Part shown: piece by piece, positions 49,384-61,000 of the stretch
Layout: each line of letters opens with the position of its first letter
Numbering within the stretch: the first letter of the stretch is position 1
Origin: Microthyrium microscopicum
Lineage: Eukaryota
DNA length: 64,000 nt
Direction of reading: 5' to 3'
Assembly (NCBI GenBank): GCA_010405405.1
Contig: MU004231.1
Location: 1,228,153-1,292,152, forward strand
Program-made: the position numbers and the translations under genes
Notes under the pieces: model-generated
Told to the model about the DNA's origin: nothing
Databases searched by the model: none
Seen by the model: only the letters and a program-made list of their open reading frames with translations

Positions 49384-49605
49384 TGTGAGGAATCCTCACA
49401 GGTTTGGTGTTTTGGTGTTGGATCCAGAGATCTGATCCTGCAGATAAGATCTCTTTATCCCGTTTGGGGTTAGTGTGTCCGAGGATCCCCCGGGCCCTAT
49501 ATCTTCGCATCCGTAGCTCCATCTCCAGATCTCCTCTCTCCGTACGTAGATCCTACAATATTAGCTACATTCTGCTCGCCTGATCGTGCCCGATAGCTCC
49601 TCACA
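49384..49605 (+). repeat. 3' LTR (222 bp)
   Basis: Identical by eye to 41945-42166. Confidence 0.97.
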
Positions 49606-52600
49606 TAGTATAAAGATTAACTTAAGTAGTATTAAAAGGAAATAAATTCTAGAAAGCTACTTCTATATATTTAAACCTATTTAATTTATATATTTCTTAA
49701 TAGTATTAAAATAAATTAGCCCTAGAATATAAGAACTTATTACTTATACTAACTTATATTATTATTATAGACCTTAATAAAATACTTAAAGAAAGAAAGA
49801 ACTATAAGAAGGAAATTAGGAGTCTAACTATACTTATTAGTTTAAATATAGCTTTAGAAATAAATTCTACCTAAGACTTAGAAAATTTATATATAACTAA
49901 CTTTATACTAGATAGGACTTACTTTTAGAAAGAAGGAAAGCCTAGCTAGAAAAAAGCTTTTTTTATTTATAAATTAATTTACGTACTAGAAAAGATAAAT
50001 CCTTAAGATCTTATTATAATAAAGTAGATTCTACTATACTAACTACTTAATAAATTTCTAATAAAACCTTTACTAAATAAATATTAATTAATAGTTAATA
50101 TAATTAAATTATAAAGAGTAAGAGCATTACTAGTAGATATAGTAGTAGACTCTATAGCTAGGAATATAATAAAAATAGAACTAAAATAGTAAATTAAATA
50201 GCTAAAACCTCTATATCTTAGTAATATACTATAAGGAACTTAGAAATATTACCTTAATAAAATAATTAGTAGAGAAAAGTCTAGATCTATTAGTATAATA
50301 GTAAAAAATAAAACTATAACTTTAAAAGAGATTTTATATTAAGAAAAAGAAAAGTAACTTAATTTATTAAAAAAGTGCTATTAATATAAGAAGCTTTATC
50401 TACTTTATAAACTTCTATTAAGAGTTAATAAAGTAAAACTTATTCTTTCTACTAGTCTAGTACTAGTATATATATATAATAAGACGTATAGATAAGTAAT
50501 ACTAAGATTTCTTACTAATTACTAACTTAAGGATTCTTAGTACCTAATATTAAGTATACTTAAAAATATAATTATAGCCTAAATCTCTACCTAAATTAAG
50601 GTAAGCCTAAGCTTTATTAGTAATATACTAATAACTAGTACATAGTAAAAGAAGCTTTATTACGTACTATATACTTAAAAAAATCTCTTTACTAAATTAT
50701 TAAAGTATATCTAGATAATAAATCTTATTATATATTATATCTTAACTTACTTAGAAGTTATACTAAAAGTAGTACTACTTAAAATTCTAATAGAGAAAGA
50801 TAAAGCCTACTAGATAGTAGTTATTTTAAAGCTACTAAAGGTAATAGTTATAATATACTATATTTTAAATTAGGCTATAAAAGAATAATTAGTATCTAAA
50901 AAAGGATATAAGTATAAGTCTATATAGTCTATAAATAAATAGACTTACGATTTTTAACTAATTAATATAGCAATTATTAAAAGCTACTATTTAATAAGGT
51001 AAAGTAAGCTTATTCTTAATAAGCTTTATAAGCCTAACTATAAAATATTTTTTAAGATAGATATAGCTAATAAATACTAGTTAGTAGGTATCTATATAAA
51101 TAATATTTATAAAACGGCTTTTAATATAATATATAGTTAAATAGCTTAGACTTATATAGAATAAGGGCTAATAAATACTTATAAGACTTATTAAAAGTTA
51201 AAAGATTTTATATTTAGTCCTATACTAGCTCCTAACCTAGAACCCTTATTTTTAAACTATTATAATAAAGCTATAGTAGTTAACTTTATAGACGACGATA
51301 TAAGAAGTACGAAAGATATAAATATAATAATTAAGTTTTTATATAAATATTACTTTTCTTACATAGCTTAGGCAAAGCTTATATTTAACCTAAATAAATA
51401 TTCTTTTACCTACCCTTTAATCTACGTCCTAAGTATATAAATAGGTTAGGAAAGAATTAAACTAGATAATATTAAAATTAAAGTAATTATAAAATATCCT
51501 ATATCTATAAACTAAGAGTAAGTTAAGTAATTTAATTATATACTACTATTTTTATAAGATAGAATTCTTAGATAATTAAAATTAACTTAGATTTTTAAAA
51601 GAGCTACTATAGTAATTAGAAAAAGAGTCTAAGACTTAGTTATATAAAAATATTAAATATAAAAGGAAGTTAGATTCTTTAAATAGAAAGTAGAGTAATA
51701 AAAAGTATTCTAAAGAGTAAAAGACATAATTACTATAAAGACTAAGAAAGATAGGAATCTAAATCTATAATACTACCTTAGTATTAATATATCTAAGATA
51801 AAATATAGTAAATATTTATTCTAGCTTCTTAACTACTCTTTAAGAATTATAAGAAATAAAGTTTCTATTAAAGAATACTCTTTAATCCTATTCTATTTAG
51901 TATAATTCTTAAATACTAAAAAAAACTATAAAACTATAGAGAGAAAGATACTAGCCTTATTAAAAATAGTAGAATATTTAAGTTAGCTCTTTATTAGTAC
52001 CTAATTTTTAGTAATAACTTATACTAACTACTTTACTATTATTTAAATTATTTAAGGAAATATAATTAGTATAGCCTAAACTATTTCTTAGAAGTAATAA
52101 CTACTTAAGTATAATCTAAAAATTATATATATTCCTAGAAAGAATATTACTATTATAAATAGATTATTTTAAGTTAGTAGTAATCTAGCCCTATATAATA
52201 CTAAAATATATAAAGCTCTTAAAGTTAATATAGTTGCTAATAAATTTAAAACTCCTTCTAAATATTTATATCCTTAAGAACTAGAAAGTAAGGATCTTTA
52301 GAAGAAAATAAATAAAGATTTTAAGTCTTAGAATAACTAGCTAATAAATTCCTAGTATAAGAAAAAGGTTTTCTTTCTTTTAACTAGATAAATATAATAA
52401 ACTTTAGGAATAAGTAAAAATATACTTAAATAAATCTAATAAAAGCTAGTATATTAAGTAAAGTATTTTTAACTTATCTAGGAATCTAAGCCTTACTTAG
52501 CTTATTATAAAAGAAATAGAGAGCTAGCTTATTACGTTTTTAATAATTAGCTCTATATAGTACTTAAAAGAACTTATAATATATATAAATATTAGGTAGT

Positions 52601-55600
52601 AGATAGAACTCTCTAATCTATTATTAGAAGATATTACTAGCCTTTATAAATTTAGAATATTTAGTAATATACTTAAGAATATCTTACTTATTAACTATCT
52701 AGACTTAAGTAGTATATTAAGAATTTAACCTTAATTTTATAGCTATAACCTTAGAACTATATTTCTTTTAATCTACTAGGTCTAATCTTCCTAATATTAA
52801 AAAAAGAAAATAAATACGTTATAGTTTTTTAAGACTATACTATATAATTCTCTACTAATAAAGCTATGCTAGAATATAAAGATATTTATATCTAAAAAGT
52901 ATTCTATAAGAAAGTTCTTTTATAAGCTAGATATCTACTAACTACTTTCTTAGATAATAGTATCTAATTCTAGGATAGAAAGTTTATAAATAAGCTTAAG
53001 CTTAATATAGTAAAGATATTCTTTAGTTTACTATATTATCCTTCTTCTATTAGTTTTATTAAAAAGCTAGTCTATATAGTTAAGGTAAAGATAGTTAAAT
53101 ATATTCTTAATTATCTTAAATAGCTAAAATACTAGTATAAAATAATAGACTAGTAGTTTAAAATACTAGCAAGTAAACTATTAAAAGTAAAGGAATATAT
53201 ACTTAAAATACTATTATATAGATTTTAATCTTAAAGAATATAGAACTTTATAGTTAATAAGGAACTTAGATAATTAGTAATAGATTTAGATTTATAAAAA
53301 GAAGTTACTCTATTAAAGCTTAATACTATAGCTTAAGTAAATTAGATAATAAGGCTAGCCTAGCTAAATAAAATTAGGAAGTACGCTATAAAAAATTATT
53401 CTACTAAAATAATATAATACCTTAGTAAAAACCTTTTAGTAAATAATAATAATATAGAGCTAAGAAATCTAGTACTTATAAAAGAAGTCTACCTAAATAA
53501 ATAAAGGAGCTAAGCCTTTTAGCTATAATAGGTTAGGCCCTATATAGTAGAGTCTCTTAATAATAATAGCTAGATAGTTATAATAAAAGGAATCTTTTTA
53601 GGTTAAATTTATAAGGATATATAATAATATCTAGATAATCTAAAGATCTATCTAAAAAAGGGGGAATCTCCTTAGATTCTAGGAAATCTAGAAGAATAGA
53701 TAAAGAGATTATAAAGTAATATATCTATTTAGTAGAATATATTAAAATAAGAGTAGCTACTAGAGTTTAAAGAGCTTAAAGATAAAGAAGTTCCTAAATA
53801 AAGATAGGAGTAGCTATAGAGATCTAAATAATCTAGCTTAAATAATAAGGAGGATAATAACCTAGAATATTAGTATTATTATAAGTTAGATTTAAATAGA
53901 GTAAATAAAAAAGTTTATAAAATAGGATTAGTATTTCTATATAATAAGCTATTAGATATATTTAGCTCCTAAGGCGTAGGCTAAGTAGAAATTATAATAA
54001 GTAAGTTACTAGTAAAGGTAGCTAACTAGTAAAATATATATCTATTATTAAACTATTACTTTTATTCTATAGAAAAACCTAAATTATATAATAACTAGAC
54101 TAGAAAACTAGTTAAAAGAAAATCCTAGCTTAGTAAATTATCTATACTTATTTATTTAATAATAGGATTAATAGGCTATTTTCTACTTTAATAGATTATT
54201 AAGAAACTTCTAAACTATAAAGAGTTAAACTACTACTATTAGTTTAAATATACTATAATAAATACTAAAATATAATACCTTTCTTTTATAATATATAATT
54301 TAGAATATTACTTTCTAGATAGATAGCTAAGATAATACTAAATATTATATAAAGGAGTATCTATTTTATAATGCTACTCTTTATAGAAATATAAAAATGC
54401 TATATATATATTTATTATAAGTTTAAATATATTTTAATATATACTAAAATAGGATAAATCCTAAGTACTTAGAAAATATAATAAATTATGCCTATCTATT
54501 TAATAATAGAGCTATGAAGTACCTAATAAAGATAGAACCTAGGTATAAAATAATGTAAATATTTTATAAAGACTTATAAGGGAGGTAGAAGATTAATAAA
54601 TTTTTTATAATATAACTTAGGATAAGGTATTCTTCTATAAGACTAGATATACCTAAAATAACTAGGGGTACTACTATTAGTTTAATAATACTTTAGCAAA
54701 GAAGATTATATTTCTATAGTAGAGGAAGATATTCTAAATATAATATTTTAGGAGGTATATAAATAATCCTATACTCTTATTAGTTTAAATATAGTACCTT
54801 TATATTATAAATATTAATGAATTTATAATTAGTTAGGATGCTATTTAATATCTATAGTTTAGCTAAACATAGTAGTAAAGATTCTTAAGAAGAGTTATAG
54901 TAATATATTTTCTTAAGAAAAGCTATATAGCTAATTTAAGCACTATTATACCTTTAAATACACTATTTTTAACTAAGCAAAATATATATAGGATCCTATA
55001 GAACTTAGAGAATAAAGTTAACTCTCTATACTATCTTAAAGACTTAATAATAATTTTTATTATCTATAGAATAGCTTAGCTATAAAATCCTAATACTCTA
55101 TACCCCTATTCATTTAATAATAGCTTTTCCTTTAAAGTTATATAATAAGAATTTAGATATACTAAATTAAGGAAGCTAAATTTTAATAATATACTTATAA
55201 AAGAATATAATTAATACTAGTAAGTAAATAAAAGTCTAACCTAATAATATAAACCTTTAGGAATTTAATAACTTAGAAGCTAGCTTTAGATCTCTTACTA
55301 TAAGAGATAAAGTTACTACTTCTATATATTTAAACGTAATTAGAAGCTTCTAATTTTAAAAGCTATAATTATCTCTTAAAAAGGCTAGTAAAGAGTTAAT
55401 AAAATATTTAGCTTTAAAGATTTAAGAATTTAAGCGTAACCTTCTTAAGTAAGTACTAATATTTAATTAAGGAAGAAATAAATTATTTATTTATTAACAT
55501 ATATCCTACTTCTCTAAATTAGATTACTCTATTTTCTTTATACTATACTTTATAATAGGATATTCTAAGATTATAAAAATAGATACTATATAAAGATATA

Positions 55601-58078
55601 TTAATAGATTTTAGTATTACTATTAAAAATAGTAGATCTAGTAGATACTACTAAGTAATAATAACTTACGCTAAAAACTAACGTAGTACTTTAGCTAGAG
55701 AATCTCTTAAGAGACTTCCTAAAGAGCTTATTTATTAAACTAAGTATAAATAATAAATAATTATAAAATAATTACTATAATTCTATATATAAAACGCAAA
55801 AGGTAGCTAACTTAACTTATTTATATTTAGTATAATATATATAGACTAAAAAGTATTTCCTAATAACTAACTCTTACCTAAATCTAATTAGAGAATATAG
55901 AAGGGAGTATTAATTAGTAAAAGAAATAGATACAAATAATTAAGCTTAGTAAGAGAAGGAACTAAATATTCTAAAATATAACTAGCTAGATTATAATAAG
56001 TAGATAGCAAAACTTAATAATAAGTAGAAGCTAAAGAAAGTAGTAGACTATTTTAAGAAAAAAATCTAGTAAAGACTAGCTATTCTTAGAATAATAGATA
56101 AAAAAAAATAGAATACTTAAGATCTAGTAAATAAATTAAATAAAATATAAGAACGCCTTAACCTACGTCTAAGAGTTCTTATCTAATATAGAATATTTAC
56201 GTTTTTAGTCTACTAAGATTAAGTATAAAAGTATATAGTTATATACAACTTAGATTCTACTAAACTCTAAGAATAAAAATATATAGATTAAGCTAATATT
56301 AAAACTATTTTTAATTAGTAATAAACTAATATATATAAGTTCTTATATATCTTAAATAATATAAGAAAAGCTACTTATTATACTTAGCTCTATATAGAGG
56401 ATATAATTTCTTCTAATTACTAACTTAAGATACTTAATACTTAGTATAGTTTACTATTATACTAGTAGGTTAATATAAAAAATAACTTAGAGTTTAAAGA
56501 TAATAATAACTTCTTCTAATAGATAGAATACGTTTTATAGATATAAGTACATAAGAAGGATAAGGAAGAGTTAAATATTTTAATACTTTAAGATAAAGTA
56601 GTAAATTTAAGAAGAATTAAATAATCCTAATTATATTAAGATATAGCTAATTCCTATACAACTATTATAGAATCTTTTATTACTATAGGTAAGTAAAAAG
56701 TTTAAGTTTAGGTAAATAGATTACTAGTTAAACTAGTAGCTAAATAAGTTTAATTTAACTTAATAGCTACTAGTAAAGAAGATAAGGTTATTCCTAGGCT
56801 AGAAACTACTACTATATTCTAAAATCTACTAATTAAGATTAATAATCTAATATTACTATCCTTTATATAACCTTTTTTATAGAAAAAGATAGAAAGTAAA
56901 GCTTCCCTATTATATTAAAGAGTAGAGTAAATTAATAGAAATCTAATCTCTCTAGACTTATCTAATATAGAAGTAGAACTAGGTTTATTACTAAACTTCT
57001 TAATAAAAGATATATATATTACTATATAGGCCCTTAAAGATACCTAAATATAATAAGAATAACTAAAAAATAAGCTAAAGAAAAAGATAAAACTAAAAAT
57101 AGTACGTAGCCTAAATTAGGATAAAGATAAGTACTATATACTAAAAAAATAGCTATAGAATTATATAGATAGTAAAATTCTATAAATATAGCTTTATAAA
57201 CCTAATCTAGAAATTAAATATCTTAAAATAGACTTAGGAATTTTACTAGTAGTAGAATATTCCTTATAACTAAAGCCTTCCTTAGAAATTATAGCTACTA
57301 TTAAAATAATTATATAATACTATATATTAAAAAAGGGTAAAAGTAAGATAAGTCTTTAGAAGCTAGATATCTTTATTAAGTATCTAACCTAGGTAAAAAC
57401 CTAAGTTTAACTTTAATATAACTATAAGATAGTAAAAGATTAATTAGTTTATAAGAATTAGGGATACTACTATTTTTTATAATAAGGTTAAATTATAATT
57501 AATAAGCTCTTTTAAGTATACGTAAGATGCTTAGAGCTAATTAGACTATTACTAAAATTCTATAAAGTCTATATAAATAATAGAGTAACTTAAGAACTTA
57601 TATATAAGAAAAAGAATCTAAATTTTATTAGTAAATTGCTAGTACTACTAAATAATACTAGGTACTTTATTTAGTATAGAAAGATTATAAAGCTATTCTA
57701 TAACGCTAAGGATAAATTTATAGCTACTCTTCTAAGATAAGTAGTCTAGAATATATTTACTTGCCTTAAACTAGAAGGCTTTAACCTTATTAACGTTACG
57801 TATAATAATCTACTTTAGTATTAGTAGAATATAATATTTATTATTAAAAATAAGAAAGTTACGTACTAGGACTTAAGACTAGACTATCTTAGAGATACTT
57901 AGAAATAGCTAATAGGTATAGCTAATAAGGTAGCTATAACTAAGTTTAATTAAAACTTAATACTAAAATAAGTCTAAAAGTAGATAGTAGAATATAATAA
58001 GTAAGTTTAATAGTACATTAAGGCCTTACTATAAAAAAATAATACTATTTGACGATAACGTAATAAACTTACAGACTA

Positions 58079-61000
58079 TGTAATAATTCCTTATAGTACT
58101 ATATTGAGAGAGATCTTAGTATTATAAGATTACGCGCTAGACCTAGAGAGTATTAGCGCGTCTAAGGTTCTACTAAGTGGACTTACTTTCCTTATAGATT
58201 CGCAATAGTTCTAGATCTTCTTCCTCTCTCTCTTATACGTAGATTCTTAAATACTAGCTAATTATCTACTTACTCTAAGTCCTATTGCTTATTATATAAT
58301 CTATATACTACAAAATCGTTACGTGCTTATACTACGTATTAAAAAGCTTTAAATCGTTTAGCGTAAGCAATATCTTATTACTCTTTATATAGGCAATATC
58401 TTATTATACTTTATGTATAGAACCCTGAAATTTTAAGCCCTACTTTAAAATCTAATAATACTAAAACTAATTAGCGCGTTAGGATTCCCTAATACTAATT
58501 ATCCTAATTAGTATTAGACTAATAAAAGGTCTAAGCTTTAATTGCCTCTTAATTACTTACGTATAGAAATACTAAATTTATCTTCCTTACTATAATCTCT
58601 CTAAATACTACCTTTAAACTAAAATTATTCTTAACTCTAAATCCCTTTTATAGCGTTTATTAATTAAAGACTCTAATAGCTAGTAAGAATCTATTATTAT
58701 TATAAATAACTAAGTTCCTTTACTACTATAAAGTAGATATAGAGTAGATAGCTATCTATACTAATCTTTTTTACCCTAGTATAAGGCTAACTAGCTTAAT
58801 TATTATTAATTTTTATCTTCTTTATATTACCTATTAATTTTAGGTTATCTTCTTACTATACTAAATATTAGCTAGTTAGATACTTAGAATATAGTATAGA
58901 TTTTATAATTTATAAAGAAGCTACTTATACGTAACTAAGAACTATAGAAATTATTAGTAAACTTTAATAAAGATAATAATAATTAGCTACTTAGGTTATT
59001 ATAAAAAGAGAGTAAGGAGAAAGCCCTAATTCGTAATAATAAAAGAGTAAGACCTTTAAAATAGTATATTAAAGACATTACTTATAAAGGAGATAAGGAA
59101 TTTAGAAGTAAAAAGGAAGGTAATATTACTAAAATCTATAGAATCTTTAAAGATAATACTAGCTTATTATAAGAAATTATTAAATAGTTAGCAGTTATAT
59201 AAAAGAATCTAGAATTAGTAGATATTTCTCTAATATTTAAGAGCTACTATATAGTTACTATAAATTTAAACTATATTATTAATCTCCTAGTAGACTATAA
59301 GCTATTATAATTCTAAGCTATAGCGCGCTAAGTATTACCTAGTTAGAAAGACTAGAAGTTAAAGCTTACCCTACTAATAGTATAAAAGACCCTAAAAGAC
59401 TTAGAACTACTATACTATAATTACTTTATTATCTAATCTAGCTAAGGCCTTACCTATACTCTAAAAGGTAACCTAGACCTTAATAAATTTATTATAATAT
59501 TATTTAACTACTACTTAAAGATATAGGCTATGTCTTACTTCTATAATATAGAATAAGATATAAACGTCATCTAAGCTAAGTAATTAAATAAAGAGAAAGC
59601 CTATAGCGCCTAGCTAGAGGAAGACGCTAAATAAAACTAGAATTTAGTAGATAATCTTATAAAAGTAAATAAAGATTATTAAGTAGAGATCTTATAGCTA
59701 AATACTAGACTTTAAGATAGTAATATTTTTCTTAATAAGAGAGTTGCTACTTATAAAACTATAAATAACCTCTAGTATAATAATACCCTCCTAAAAGATA
59801 TAGTTACGTCTTAATTTTCTAAATTAGATTAGTTCTAAACTATACTTTAGTAGAAAGTTAACAAAGTTATAGTACTTTAAGTATAAGTTAAAGCCTTCTA
59901 AAAGTCTAAAGCACTTAAGAAGATAAATAACCCTTACGCTAATCTTAATAAGAATACTAATAATAACTTACTACGCTCTACATTAGTTAGTCCTAATTTA
60001 AACTTAAATTATTAGTCTCTATATAGAAGTTCTATACCTTGCTAATTTACCTCTAATTTCTTAATATACGCTATAAGTAAAGGTTTTAAAGAATAAAGAG
60101 AAAAGCTTACTAAGTTTAATAAAAAGAATAAAGATAAGTACTATACTTAGAAAGCTAAAGTGCTTAATTATCTTAATAAGAATACCCTTATATATAATAT
60201 AGAGTTATTTAAAATTTGTCTAATTTAGGAATAGATAGATAAATAGGCCTTTACTACTATTAAGGAGCAAAGTAAATAAGATTTTTATAATCTATATCTT
60301 TACTTAAAAGAGGTATAGGTAGACCTAGACTATAAATACACTACTAAGGATAGTTTTATAAAGGTTAAAACCTAGCTTAAAATATTAAAAGCTTAAATAA
60401 AGATATTAGAAAAGGTAGAAGAATACCTTACTTACTTCTCTTCTAATTCCTATAAAGTAAGATTATTTAACGAAGAGAAGATTATTAAATTACGCAACTT
60501 ATTACTAAAGCGTTTTACTAATTATCTACTATTTATTAAACTAGACTCTTACTTTAAATTTATTAATAACCTTTATAAAGTATTCTATTAAATAAAATAT
60601 TAACTTTCTATAGAAACTAATAATAATAGCTACTCTAACTCTAATAGCTTTTATAGAGGCTATAGAGGTAGAAGGCGTAAAAACTATAATAGTAGTAGTA
60701 GCACCTATAATAATATTACTAATAATAATAGCAAAATTATACGTTTATAGGAAGTCTTTTATACCCTACGAAAGAATAACTATTATATCTAATATAAAGA
60801 ATAAGGATATAGCTATTAGAAAGTAAATACTCTATATATAGATAAAAATTCTTTTTCTAATACTAAGATTTATGCTAAAGTTACTTATATAGCTACTATC
60901 TTTACTATAGTATTTATATAACTTAATTTTAATCTTTTACGTACTAATAATAACTTAGAAAACTAAAGGCTCTTCTATATAGATACGTAAAGAAGCTAAA

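Larger units (their letters stand above)
41945..49605 (+). mobile_element. Intact Ty3/gypsy chromovirus LTR retrotransposon (7661 bp) with 5-bp TSD TAGTA (41940-41944, 49606-49610)
   Basis: Two 222-bp TG…CA LTRs identical by eye, TSD, PBS, PPT, and open gag and pol frames. Confidence 0.98.
35840..58078 (+). mobile_element. Large RIP-degraded Ty3/gypsy-type retrotransposon, host of the nested insertion; boundaries approximate
   Basis: De-RIPped motifs: protease VFLDEGSTVNLI…YDILLGFHW (~39500-39740), RT LYTWKDLF…TDLI…DMANGYW…FMDD (~50640-51500), RNase H YHLSTDAS (~51770), integrase PWDYISFD…DNGTQF…PYHPSS…GPY (~52750-53550). No LTR pair found inside the window. Confidence 0.75.

Noticed and set aside
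42378..49522. Antisense and alternate-frame ORFs inside the intact element and inside host genes
   Set aside because: Shadow ORFs of GC-balanced coding sequence with no independent features.
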